This document shows, in pieces, positions 10,990 to 20,158 of a stretch of DNA of 64,000 nt. This stretch comes from an uncultured Gammaproteobacteria bacterium. Lineage in GTDB: Bacteria; Pseudomonadota; Gammaproteobacteria; Poriferisulfidales; GCA-002705445. The DNA is taken from contig CAJWEM010000004.1 in NCBI GenBank assembly GCA_913031205.1, forward strand, positions 1,207 to 65,206, in the 5' to 3' direction. Position numbers and translations under genes: made by a program. Within the stretch, counting starts at the first letter, position 1. Every line of letters starts with the position of its first letter. The notes beneath the pieces are model-generated. The model was given only the letters and a program-made list of their open reading frames with translations. It did not search any database and had not been told where the DNA came from.

Positions 10990-11406
10990 CTATTCTTCAT
11001 CTAGAAACTCGCCATAGAGTATCATACTATGGTCATTTATTTTAAAATTATGTTCTTTTGCGATTTCTCTCTGTCTATTCTCTATTATTTCATCATAAAA
11101 CTCTACAACCTTACCGGTTTTAAGAGATACCATATGATCATGATGATCTCCATGGTTTAATTCAAATACTGCTTGACTGTTTCCTTCTGAGTCAAAATGA
11201 TGCCTAATTACGATTTTTGCAGCTTCAAATTGTGTTAATACTCTATAGACGGTAGCTAAACTAATTACTTCTCCATCATTTATCAATTCCTTATAAATAT
11301 CTTCAGCGGACATGTGGTGTTTTTCAGCATTTTCAAGCTTACTCAATATTTTTACTCTAGGAAGAGTGATCTTTAATCCAGCATTTTTTAATTCTATATT
11401 GCTCAT
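10990..11406 (-). CDS. fur: ferric uptake regulator Fur
   Basis: Fur fold with HHDH and HxH metal sites (NHGDHHDHMV) and an N-terminal winged helix. I placed the start at the internal ATG (MSNIELKNAGLKITLPRVKIL, matching Fur N-termini), because the track start is a TTG 39 nt upstream. It is divergent from bamE, as with Pseudomonas fur-omlA. Confidence 0.85.
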   Translation of the reverse strand: MSNIELKNAGLKITLPRVKILSKLENAEKHHMSAEDIYKELINDGEVISLATVYRVLTQFEAAKIVIRHHFDSEGNSQAVFELNHGDHHDHMVSLKTGKVVEFYDEIIENRQREIAKEHNFKINDHSMILYGEFLDEE

Positions 11407-11450
11407 ATTTGCTATATTATCCTTAATTAAGTTAACAATATACAAAAAAA

Positions 11451-12485
11451 GTGAAAAATTTAAAACTACCTCTAATCTTTGTTTTTACAGTATTTTTATC
11501 AGCATGCCAACTTCTTCCTGAAAATACTCAATTAAAAAGCTACAGAGTTCTTGTGCAACAAGGCAACGTTATAGAAGAAAGTAAGGTGGATTCTTTAAAA
11601 ATAGACATGTCAAAAGAACAGGTGATTTTTCTGCTTGGAGAGCCAGTTTTAGATAATATATTTGATAAGGATAGATGGGATTACGTATATTTTCGAAAAA
11701 GAGATCCTGAAAAAACACAACTTAATATGGTAAGCATATTTTTTGAAAAAGAAAAGATAGTAAGCATGAAAAGAATTGTTAAAAACGATGATGGATTATT
11801 CGAGATTAACGGAAATACCTTAAAAAACAAACCTGAGTTTATTGATGATCAAGAGGTTTTAGCTCTCCAAAAAAATATTTTTGAAGATATTGAGCTAGAA
11901 GGAAGTTTAAGCGATACAAATGAAGAGACTTTAGAAAATAATTTAGAAGAAGGATTAATTAAGCCTGAAAATAATAATAATGGTGATAAAGACAAAAACG
12001 AACAAATTAATGATATAAAAGTTTCAGATAAAAAGATAGAAAAACAAGAAAGTGACAAAATAAATAAAGCTGAAACAATTCCAACAGAAAAAAAAGAAAT
12101 TTATAATGAGCCAATGAAGAGAAAGAGTGATCTTGAAATTGTCTCAGATACATTAAATCAATGGGCATCGTCTTGGGAAAATAAAAATCTTGAAGAATAT
12201 TTTGCTTTCTACATAGATAATTATACCCCGCAATCCTTTGATAGTAATGACCAATGGAAAAAAGATCGTGAAAAAAGAATATTAAATAAGAATAAAATAT
12301 CTTTAGAAATTAAAAACCTATCAATAACATTTATGATAAATGAAAAGGAAACTGCAACAGCAGTCTTTCAACAAAAATATTCCTCAGAGAGATACTCTGA
12401 CTCAGTAAAAAAACAAATTATTTTTGAGAAAATAAATAAAAACTGGAGAATTATTTCAGAAGTTCTGCTAGAAGGTGAATATTAA
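11451..12485 (+). CDS. bamE: BamE (SmpA/OmlA) outer-membrane lipoprotein fused to an acidic linker and a C-terminal NTF2-like domain
   Basis: Lipoprotein signal plus lipobox (FLSAC). BamE domain aa about 20-115 (KIDMSKEQVIFLLGEPV...DRWDYVY). A low-complexity E/K/N/D linker spans aa about 116-220. The C-terminal 120 aa show a W-x3-W...D-x-Y...F...W...R pattern (LNQWASSWENKNLEEYFAFYIDNY...NWRIISE), typical of SnoaL/DUF4440-like NTF2-fold domains. Confidence 0.75.
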   Translation: MKNLKLPLIFVFTVFLSACQLLPENTQLKSYRVLVQQGNVIEESKVDSLKIDMSKEQVIFLLGEPVLDNIFDKDRWDYVYFRKRDPEKTQLNMVSIFFEKEKIVSMKRIVKNDDGLFEINGNTLKNKPEFIDDQEVLALQKNIFEDIELEGSLSDTNEETLENNLEEGLIKPENNNNGDKDKNEQINDIKVSDKKIEKQESDKINKAETIPTEKKEIYNEPMKRKSDLEIVSDTLNQWASSWENKNLEEYFAFYIDNYTPQSFDSNDQWKKDREKRILNKNKISLEIKNLSITFMINEKETATAVFQQKYSSERYSDSVKKQIIFEKINKNWRIISEVLLEGEY

Positions 12486-12766
12486 TTCTTTTTGAAGTTA
12501 AATTTTCTTTTCTCGTTTGGCGTCATTTTTAAATCATCAAAAATTTCAATCCTGTCCTTATCATTGATAATATAATCACGCTCAATTTTCTTTCCAAAAC
12601 ATCCATAGGATTTTTTAGATAAAAAATCAACTGAAAATATAGACGTTTTAATTAAATAATCAATTAAGTCATTTAAAGTTTTATTTTTCTCAAAAAATAA
12701 ATTATGGTGGATGATATCATTATCTGGTTTAACGTAAATTATTTCAATTTCGATATTAATTTCCAT
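12482..12766 (-). CDS. ratB: RnfH/UPF0125 family ubiquitin-like protein (E. coli YfjF/RatB homolog)
   Basis: 94 aa with the DRIEIF...DPKE...RK motif pattern of the RnfH family. It lies downstream of ratA and overlaps it by 11 nt. Confidence 0.7.
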   Translation of the reverse strand: MEINIEIEIIYVKPDNDIIHHNLFFEKNKTLNDLIDYLIKTSIFSVDFLSKKSYGCFGKKIERDYIINDKDRIEIFDDLKMTPNEKRKFNFKKN

Positions 12767-13184
12767 TTTTTTTCATTGATTCATCTATAAAAGCCTTCAC
12801 GAGATAATTTGTAATTTTATCGAGAGATTTTCCAACGGTATACTCAACGATTTTATTTTCTGCCTCGTAATTAATATGCAGGTAAATTATTGTTTTTCCA
12901 TCAACACTTTTAAAATCCCAGACCCCATCTAAGAATTTGAAGGGGCCATCAATTAATTTCATATTAATTGACTGGTTTTTTTTAATTTCGTTTCTTGTTG
13001 TAAAAGATGTTGAAAGTCCTTTAAGGTTAAAATCTAGCTTAGCTTCCATAAACTTGTCATCTTCGGATAATATTTTTGACTCTGTACAGTATGGAACAAA
13101 GTTTTTATATAAATTAACTCTATTAACTATATCAAAAACTGTTTCAATATCTTTTAATATTATTGCCTCTTTTTTTATAATCAT
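12756..13184 (-). CDS. ratA: SRPBCC (Coq10/polyketide cyclase-like) ribosome-association toxin RatA homolog
   Basis: 142 aa START/Bet v1-like fold protein. Its position between smpB and bamE matches E. coli yfjG (ratA). Confidence 0.7.
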   Translation of the reverse strand: MIIKKEAIILKDIETVFDIVNRVNLYKNFVPYCTESKILSEDDKFMEAKLDFNLKGLSTSFTTRNEIKKNQSINMKLIDGPFKFLDGVWDFKSVDGKTIIYLHINYEAENKIVEYTVGKSLDKITNYLVKAFIDESMKKNGN

Positions 13185-13193
13185 ACTTTATTT

Positions 13194-14570
13194 CTATGAG
13201 AATATATCAAAATTTATTCCAATTGCGTTTAACATAACGAAAATAACCGCAATTGGTGCAATTACTCTTGCAGAAAAATACCATAAGACTCTTAGTATTC
13301 TGGACTTAATTTTTAACTCTGAATCAACTTTTTCCTTGGATAATAACCAACTAACGTAAATTGTTATTAATATGCCTCCCATTGGAAGTAATATATTAGA
13401 TGTAAGATAATCTAGGAAATCAAATATATTTAATCCAAAAATTTTAATATCTGAGCCGACATTAAAAGATATAATTGTCCCAATTCCAATAAACCATGCG
13501 ATTGCTGCGGAAAAAATTGCAGCTTGTATGCGTGTAACATTATATTTCTCAATAAGCCAAATAATCATTGGTTCAATTAAAGAAATTGATGACGTCCATG
13601 CCGCGACTATTAATAAGATAAAAAATAAAGTACCAAATAATTGGCCGCCAGGCATTGCTCCAAATGCAACCGTTAAAGTTTGGAATATTAAACCGGGTCC
13701 TTGAGTCATTTCTAACCCACTTGAAATAACAATAGGGAATATAGCTAAGCCAGCTAACAATGCTACGAGAGTGTCTAGAGATGCAACTATTACACATGTT
13801 TTAGGGATTGAAACATCGCTTGATAAATATGACCCGTAGACCATTAAAGCTCCCATGCCTAAGCTTAAACTAAAAAAAGCTTGGCCCATAGCAATTAATA
13901 TTGTCTTTCCAGTTACCTGACTAAAATCAGGGTATAGCATGAACTTTATACCATTTGCAAAGTCGCCTTCTATTGCAGAATAAAATACAAGAGCTACAAG
14001 TAAAACTAATAAAGCTGGCATTAACCGAACAACTGCATTTTCAAGTCCTGATTTCACGCCTCTAGACACAACTAAGGCAGTAATAATACAAAAGATAGTG
14101 TGCCACGCTAGAAGTCTCTCAGGGTCTGCTATAAAATTTTCAAAAATAACTGCTGCCCCTGCTGCATCAATATTATTTAAAACTCCAAATGCGGTTCTAG
14201 ACGCATATGCCATGGTCCAGCCAGCAATAACGCTATAGTAAGAAAGGATTAAAATACCAGCAAGGATTCCAATAAGACCAATAATTTGCCAATTCTTTGA
14301 TCTGTTTTCTCTTTCAGATATGTATCTTATCGATGCAATAGGATTTAATCGACCCCTTTTCCCTAAATAAACTTCTGCCAGCATTATTGGTATCCCTATC
14401 AAAATAACACACATAATATAAATTATAACAAAAGCACCTCCACCATTTTCGCCAGTAATGTAAGGGAATTTCCAGATATTACCTAAGCCAACAGCAGATC
14501 CTGCTGCTGCTAAAATAAAAGCCGTCCTTGAAGACCACTCGCCGTGTGAAGAAGTTCTATTTATTGCCAT
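13194..14570 (-). CDS. sodium-dependent transporter, neurotransmitter:sodium symporter (SNF/NSS) family
   Basis: 458 aa, 11-12 TM helices, with the hallmark GLGNIWKFPY motif near the N-terminus. Confidence 0.88.
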   Translation of the reverse strand: MAINRTSSHGEWSSRTAFILAAAGSAVGLGNIWKFPYITGENGGGAFVIIYIMCVILIGIPIMLAEVYLGKRGRLNPIASIRYISERENRSKNWQIIGLIGILAGILILSYYSVIAGWTMAYASRTAFGVLNNIDAAGAAVIFENFIADPERLLAWHTIFCIITALVVSRGVKSGLENAVVRLMPALLVLLVALVFYSAIEGDFANGIKFMLYPDFSQVTGKTILIAMGQAFFSLSLGMGALMVYGSYLSSDVSIPKTCVIVASLDTLVALLAGLAIFPIVISSGLEMTQGPGLIFQTLTVAFGAMPGGQLFGTLFFILLIVAAWTSSISLIEPMIIWLIEKYNVTRIQAAIFSAAIAWFIGIGTIISFNVGSDIKIFGLNIFDFLDYLTSNILLPMGGILITIYVSWLLSKEKVDSELKIKSRILRVLWYFSARVIAPIAVIFVMLNAIGINFDIFS

Positions 14571-14598
14571 TAGTAAGTTCTATTCTTATGTTAATATT

Positions 14599-15087
14599 AT
14601 GAATATTATGGGACAAAGAGATAAAAATACAGAAAATATTATAGCTGTCAACAAAAAAGCAACACATGATTATTTTATTCTTGAAAAATTGGAGGCTGGC
14701 CTCGTGCTTGAAGGGTGGGAAGTAAAAGGAATTAGGGCTTTAAAAGTACAATTAAGAGAGGCATATGTAAGAGTAATTAAAGGTAACGTTTTACTTATTG
14801 GCTCACATATAACACCTCCAAAGTTCGTAGATAAAAGTGAAGATAAAAATGTCAATAGGACTAGAAAACTTCTTCTTAATCAAAAAGAAATCTTTATGCT
14901 GACAGGTAAAATAAAAAAAGATGGTTTAACATTAATTCCTTTATCGTTGTATTGGAAAAACAATAAAGTGAAGTTAATGATTGGTATTGCAAAAGGTAAG
15001 AAAAAATATGATAAAAGACAAGAAGAAAAGAACAAAGATTGGTCGATTCAAAAGAACCGACTATCTAAGAAAATTCAAAAAAAATAA
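14599..15087 (+). CDS. smpB: SsrA-binding protein SmpB
   Basis: AVNKKATHDYFILEKLEAGLVLEGWEVK matches the SmpB core, with a basic C-terminal tail. The true start may be the ATG at 14608. Confidence 0.9.
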   Translation: MNIMGQRDKNTENIIAVNKKATHDYFILEKLEAGLVLEGWEVKGIRALKVQLREAYVRVIKGNVLLIGSHITPPKFVDKSEDKNVNRTRKLLLNQKEIFMLTGKIKKDGLTLIPLSLYWKNNKVKLMIGIAKGKKKYDKRQEEKNKDWSIQKNRLSKKIQKK

Positions 15088-15092
15088 ATAAT

Positions 15093-15293
15093 TTATTCTC
15101 TATTACAAGAAAAGACTTCCACGTTCACATCAATTTGTGCCCTTACGCCATCAATACATTCTTCGTAAGAACTATATTCTCCGATTACATTATTATTGTT
15201 TACAGCAATCCACATTCCTGAATCTTCGCTATATTTTAAATATCCCCAAAATCCAACAATTAGTAAGACTATAAGCATAAATATTTTATCCAT
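15093..15293 (-). CDS. hypothetical small protein (66 aa) with N-terminal signal-anchor and two Cys
   Basis: ORF track: MDKIFMLIVLLIVGFWGYLKYSE...EECIDGVRAQIDVNVEVFSCNRE. It fills the smpB-dnaQ gap. Supported by context only. Confidence 0.3.
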   Translation of the reverse strand: MDKIFMLIVLLIVGFWGYLKYSEDSGMWIAVNNNNVIGEYSSYEECIDGVRAQIDVNVEVFSCNRE

Positions 15294-15334
15294 ATTGGTT
15301 CCGCCTTTTATAATAATTTTAGTTTTTTATTATA

Positions 15335-16033
15335 TCAAAACTTAGAAATTTTCCAAATACATCTGCCTTTCGATATCTCATCAATCTTTTTACATAATTC
15401 TTGATGCTCTCTAAGCTCTTCTTCATCTGCCTTTATAACAACAAATTTTCCAGATAATTCTTCTTTATTATCTTTTTGTCTACTTTCTTCTTTTTGAGGT
15501 AATTCGAAAGAGGTTTGCCCTCCTGTCATCGCAAGATAAACGTCTCCAAGAATTTTTGCATCTAGTAATGCTCCATGAAAATCTCTTGATGAATTATCTA
15601 CGTTATATCTTTTACACAACGCATCAAGACTATTCTTTTGGCCTGGATGCAGTCTCCTTGCGTACACCAAAGTATCAAAAATTTTACATTCTTCGGATAA
15701 TTTTATATTTTGAGAGGAGAAATTAAATTCGTATTCAATAAATCCGACATCAAATGGGGCATTATGTATTATGAGTTCAGCCCCTTTAATGAAATTCAAC
15801 AGGTCATCTTTTACATCGATAAATAAAGGTTTATCTTCTAAAAATTCATTTGATATGCCATGAACGTTAATTGCACCCTGGTCTATTTTTCTCTCTGGAT
15901 TAAGATAATGATGAAAATTATTTCCAGTATATTTTCTATCAATTAGCTCAACACAACCAATTTCAATAATTTTGTGCTTTCTTGTGACGTCTAGCCCTGT
16001 TGTCTCAGTGTCTAATATTATCTGCCTATTCAC
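15335..16033 (-). CDS. dnaQ: DNA polymerase III epsilon subunit (3'-5' proofreading exonuclease)
   Basis: DEDDh exonuclease motifs ILDTETTG, HNAPFDVGF, and YLAMTGG at the C-terminus. Confidence 0.9.
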   Translation of the reverse strand: MNRQIILDTETTGLDVTRKHKIIEIGCVELIDRKYTGNNFHHYLNPERKIDQGAINVHGISNEFLEDKPLFIDVKDDLLNFIKGAELIIHNAPFDVGFIEYEFNFSSQNIKLSEECKIFDTLVYARRLHPGQKNSLDALCKRYNVDNSSRDFHGALLDAKILGDVYLAMTGGQTSFELPQKEESRQKDNKEELSGKFVVIKADEEELREHQELCKKIDEISKGRCIWKISKF

Positions 16034-16478
16034 AATTTTTTCCTGTTTTATTTGATATAGCTAGGTTAGCTAATTCATCAGCGGTATCATTGCCAATATC
16101 ACCACTATGACCTTTAACCCAATTCCATTCAACTGTATGAAAGTTATTATATTTGTCGATATCTTTCCATAAATCGATATTCTTTACTTCTTTTTTGTTT
16201 GATGTCAGCCAATTATTTGTTTTCCAATTTTCTATCCAGCTATTAATTCCTTGCATTAAATATTTTGAATCTGTGAAAATTACAACATCTGACTTACTTT
16301 TTAGAGAACTCAATGCCTCTATTGCGGCTTTTAGCTCCATTCTATTATTCGTTGTATCTTTTTCATATCCGCAAATTTTTTTTTTCTTATCTTTATAGGT
16401 AAGTACTGCCCCCCAACCCCCCTCACCAGGATTACCTTTGCAAGCTCCATCTGTATAAATAATAACTTTATCTTTCAT
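16026..16478 (-). CDS. rnhA: ribonuclease HI
   Basis: 150 aa with IYTDGACKGNPG, MELKAAIEAL, TDSKY, and HSGDIGNDTAD catalytic motifs. Confidence 0.92.
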   Translation of the reverse strand: MKDKVIIYTDGACKGNPGEGGWGAVLTYKDKKKKICGYEKDTTNNRMELKAAIEALSSLKSKSDVVIFTDSKYLMQGINSWIENWKTNNWLTSNKKEVKNIDLWKDIDKYNNFHTVEWNWVKGHSGDIGNDTADELANLAISNKTGKNCE

Positions 16479-17193
16479 AATTATTATGAATAACTGGTTT
16501 TGAGAATTTTCCTAAAATTATATTATCGCGCTTATGCCAATTTTTACTAAGTATGAATTTATAGGTTTTTTTCTTTGCAAAAAATATATACGAAATCCCA
16601 AAATAGTTTATTTTTGAAAAAAAACTGTTATTTAAAAATCTAAGGTATCTAAAAATTTTTTCGTTATAAATTGGAGGAATTTTATTTATATTTATTATTT
16701 GCTGAACCTCGTAAGAAAATAAAGACATCCAATCGTGTAATCTATTAATGCTAACGTAATCTTTATTTTTAAATATCGATTTTAAGGGTAAAATTGAATA
16801 AATCATTAAAGGGCTTATCTTGTTAAAACCCGCTATAACAATTTGGCCGTCATCTTTCATGATTCTATCAATTTCTCTAAAAGCCGCATGCGGGTTTTCA
16901 TTAATATCAAGAGAATGAATTAATACAACATTGTCTATAGAGGATTCCTGAAAAGGAAGTTTTTGAATTTCTGCCGATAAATCTCCGTATTCAGACAAAG
17001 ATACATAAAATGTATTAAAATTATTATTATTTTCTAATAATTTTTTTATAATTTCGTTTGGACCAAAATAAACTATATTTTTATCGGAGCTTGTATTAAA
17101 TAATTTTTTAATATGAGAAATTATAAGCTTCGAATTAAATCTGCCTGCTAAAGATTGATACCAATTATCTATTTCATTTGATTTAAAATTCAT
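16468..17193 (-). CDS. class I SAM-dependent methyltransferase (YafS-like)
   Basis: Motif II/III region DNVVLIHSLDINENPHAAFREIDRIMKDDGQIVIAGFN matches methyltransferase-11 type. Its position next to rnhA/dnaQ matches E. coli yafS. Motif I is degenerate (VYFGPN). Confidence 0.6.
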   Translation of the reverse strand: MNFKSNEIDNWYQSLAGRFNSKLIISHIKKLFNTSSDKNIVYFGPNEIIKKLLENNNNFNTFYVSLSEYGDLSAEIQKLPFQESSIDNVVLIHSLDINENPHAAFREIDRIMKDDGQIVIAGFNKISPLMIYSILPLKSIFKNKDYVSINRLHDWMSLFSYEVQQIININKIPPIYNEKIFRYLRFLNNSFFSKINYFGISYIFFAKKKTYKFILSKNWHKRDNIILGKFSKPVIHNNYER

Positions 17194-17196
17194 AAT

Positions 17197-18789
17197 TTAT
17201 AATATTTGTGGGACAGAACTAAGTAATTTTTTTGTATAATCATTTGACGTATTATTTATTATATCAGACGTTTTTCCACTCTCAACTATTTTACCTTGGT
17301 GCATTACTGATAATGTATCGGAAATGCTTGCCACCAGATTTATATCATGAGATATAAATAAATACGATATTTGGTTTTTGGTTTGAATCTCAGTCAACAA
17401 ATCTAATACTTGTTTTTGGACAGTAACATCCAGTGAACTAGTAGGCTCATCGCAAATCAATAATCTTGGATCTAAAACTAAAACTCTTGCAATAGCAATT
17501 CTTTGTCTTTGCCCGCCTGAGAATTGATGGGGATATTTATATAAAGAGCTTTCCTCTAAGCCAACATTTTCTATTACATTTTTTAGGCATTCGTTTGTTT
17601 CCACAGTATTCATATAGGGTTTTAAAAAACTCAATCCCTCCTTTATAATGCTACCCACTCGCATTCTAGGATTTAGTGAAGAAAATGGATCTTGAAAAAT
17701 CATTTGATAGTTTTTTCTGAAATTTAGCTTTTCTTTGCCTTCCATTTTTAATATATCTTTATCAAGAATTCGTATATCGCCATCTGTTACCTCGGTTAAG
17801 CCCATTATAGCTTTTGCAATTGTTGTTTTACCTGATCCAGACTCACCGACAATTGCATGTGTGGCGCCTGCATCAATTGATATGCTTATGTCGTCAACTG
17901 CTTTTTTATAATCTTGATTCTGTGCGATAAAGCTCTTTTTTTCTTTAAAATATACTTTTAAATTATTTACTTTTAATACGCTATTATTTTTCAATGAATT
18001 CGTTAAGTTATTTTTTCTATTATAAGAAGAAGAGGCTAATAAAGTTTTACTATACAATGACTTTGGGTTTTCAAAGAATTTTTTTGATTCACTATTTTCC
18101 ACAACCATCCCTTCCTTCATTACTACAATGTTATCTGATATTTGAGAAGCTACAGCAAGATCATGTGTAATAAAAAGAATAGACATATTAAGATCATTTC
18201 TTAATTCCAAAAGTAAATCGAGAACCTGTTTTTGTATTGTGACGTCAAGAGAAGTTGTTGGTTCATCAGCAATTAGTAACTTTGGTTTACATGCTATTGC
18301 CATTGCGATCATAACTCTTTGCTTCATCCCGCCAGATAATTGGTGTGGGAAAAGATCTATAACTCTAGAAGCATCGTCAATACCTACAGAAATAAGATTC
18401 TCAATGATTTTTCTTTTTATTTTTTTTCTACTCTCTTTTTCATATGCTTCCAGTAATTGATCATAAATACTCATAACTGGATTTAACGAACGCATTGGTT
18501 CTTGAAATATCATAGAAATATCATTTTTTCTAATTAAACGCATATTTTGCTCTTCTAAAGACAATAAATCAGTATCGTTGAAGATTATTTTACCTTTTTT
18601 GATTCTGCAATTTTTTTCAAGAAGTCTAATAATTGACAAAGCTGTCAAAGACTTACCACTCCCAGACTCTCCTATTAAAGATAAAATTTCTGAGCTATTA
18701 ATAGAAAAATTAATATCTTTTAAAATTTTATTCTCATTTTCTGATTCAATAGATAAATATAGATTTTTAACTTCAAGTAATTTACTCAT
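17197..18789 (-). CDS. yejF: ABC transporter ATP-binding protein with duplicated ATPase domains (YejF-like)
   Basis: Two Walker A boxes (GESGSGKS twice), two LSGG(M/Q) signatures, and two Walker B/D-loops. I placed the start at the ATG giving MSKLLEVKNLYL (matches YejF N-termini). Confidence 0.85.
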   Translation of the reverse strand: MSKLLEVKNLYLSIESENENKILKDINFSINSSEILSLIGESGSGKSLTALSIIRLLEKNCRIKKGKIIFNDTDLLSLEEQNMRLIRKNDISMIFQEPMRSLNPVMSIYDQLLEAYEKESRKKIKRKIIENLISVGIDDASRVIDLFPHQLSGGMKQRVMIAMAIACKPKLLIADEPTTSLDVTIQKQVLDLLLELRNDLNMSILFITHDLAVASQISDNIVVMKEGMVVENSESKKFFENPKSLYSKTLLASSSYNRKNNLTNSLKNNSVLKVNNLKVYFKEKKSFIAQNQDYKKAVDDISISIDAGATHAIVGESGSGKTTIAKAIMGLTEVTDGDIRILDKDILKMEGKEKLNFRKNYQMIFQDPFSSLNPRMRVGSIIKEGLSFLKPYMNTVETNECLKNVIENVGLEESSLYKYPHQFSGGQRQRIAIARVLVLDPRLLICDEPTSSLDVTVQKQVLDLLTEIQTKNQISYLFISHDINLVASISDTLSVMHQGKIVESGKTSDIINNTSNDYTKKLLSSVPQIL

Positions 18790-20158
18790 AATTTTTATTA
18801 GACCTTGGGTCAAAAGCATCTCTCACAACATCTGAGAAAAGATTCGCAAATAACACTAAAATAAACATAAATGTAAAAGCCGAAAATAGTGACCACCAAA
18901 CTATTGGTTCTTTCGACATCTCTAATCTTGCTGCGTTAATCATATTTCCCCAGCTATAAGTTGTAGGGTCAACTCCTATATTTACGTAAGATAAGACTGC
19001 CTCAGCTAAAACCAGAGCGCTAAAATCTAAAACAATTGTAATAATTACAATATGCATAATGTTTGGCATGATGTGACGAACTATTATAGAAAATCTATTC
19101 AAGCCAAAAGTTTTGGATGCCTGAACATACTCAACCTCTCTTAGTTTCATTGACTCTCCTCTGAGAAGACGGCATAGACCTGTCCAGCTTGTGAGTCCAA
19201 GAATCATGCAGAGAAAAAATAATCTTAAATCTGCTCTTTCATATATATTTTCAAAGTTTAAAGGATTATTTGCCATATAAACTTGTAACATTAGAATTGC
19301 TGAAGCGATTAGAAGAACACTAGGTATTGAGTTTAAAGTTGTATAAATATACTGAATTACATCATCAACAAATCCTCCAATATAACCTGCAAAAATACCT
19401 AAAAAAATAGCGAAAGGCAACATAACAATTGTCGTTAAAGTACCAATAAGTATTCCTGTTCTAATACTCTTAATACTTTTATAAAGAACATCAACGCCAA
19501 CCTTATCGGTTCCTAAAACATAATATTGTAAACTTAATTCATACAAAAATATCGAAAGTATTACAATAATAGACAAAGTCATAAGAAAAACTTTATTTAA
19601 TTTAAAAGGTATAAAAATATTATTTTTGCTTTTGAAAATTATTCTAAAATAAAAAAATAAATAAAATATTGAAAATACAAAAAAATACTTTAACAAAGAT
19701 ATAATAAAAGTTAATAAAATATTTGCAGTATTATCAGAAGCATATTTATTATGATTACCTTTGTATAAAAGTTTGGGGTATACCCTCCTCTCGATATTAT
19801 TTTCAAGTATTATTGTTTCCTTAGAATACAAATTAGATGAAAACGGTGAGGAGTAACTTTTTTCATAATTTTTATATGTTGGAAGTAATATTATGTCTAA
19901 AACGCTTTTAATTTCTGATTCATATGAAAAAGATTCTGTCTGCTCATTATAAATTTTCTCTTTGATATGAATTGAATCTAATATTGCAATAAGTAAAAAA
20001 AATGAAAGCACAACTATTGAAATTATTCCTGTCCTACTTCTAAAAACGTGCTTCCATGTTTCTAAAATATCTTTGGTTTTTCTTACATAAAAAATATATA
20101 ACCCAATAGAGAAAATTATTATATAGAAAAATATATCTGTGAGAAGAAATACAAACAT
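18782..20158 (-). CDS. yejE: ABC transporter permease (DppC/YejE-like) with extended N-terminal region
   Basis: C-terminal binding-protein-dependent permease core (EAA-like loop). At 458 aa it is about 110 aa longer than E. coli YejE because of an N-terminal TM plus periplasmic extension. Confidence 0.8.
   Translation of the reverse strand: MFVFLLTDIFFYIIIFSIGLYIFYVRKTKDILETWKHVFRSRTGIISIVVLSFFLLIAILDSIHIKEKIYNEQTESFSYESEIKSVLDIILLPTYKNYEKSYSSPFSSNLYSKETIILENNIERRVYPKLLYKGNHNKYASDNTANILLTFIISLLKYFFVFSIFYLFFYFRIIFKSKNNIFIPFKLNKVFLMTLSIIVILSIFLYELSLQYYVLGTDKVGVDVLYKSIKSIRTGILIGTLTTIVMLPFAIFLGIFAGYIGGFVDDVIQYIYTTLNSIPSVLLIASAILMLQVYMANNPLNFENIYERADLRLFFLCMILGLTSWTGLCRLLRGESMKLREVEYVQASKTFGLNRFSIIVRHIMPNIMHIVIITIVLDFSALVLAEAVLSYVNIGVDPTTYSWGNMINAARLEMSKEPIVWWSLFSAFTFMFILVLFANLFSDVVRDAFDPRSNKNYE

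Noticed and set aside
15088-15334. Looked for tmRNA (ssrA) next to smpB
   Set aside because: There is no tRNA-like acceptor/T-arm (GGGG...TTCGA...CCA) and no tag-peptide reading frame. The region is occupied by a small ORF instead, so ssrA must be elsewhere.
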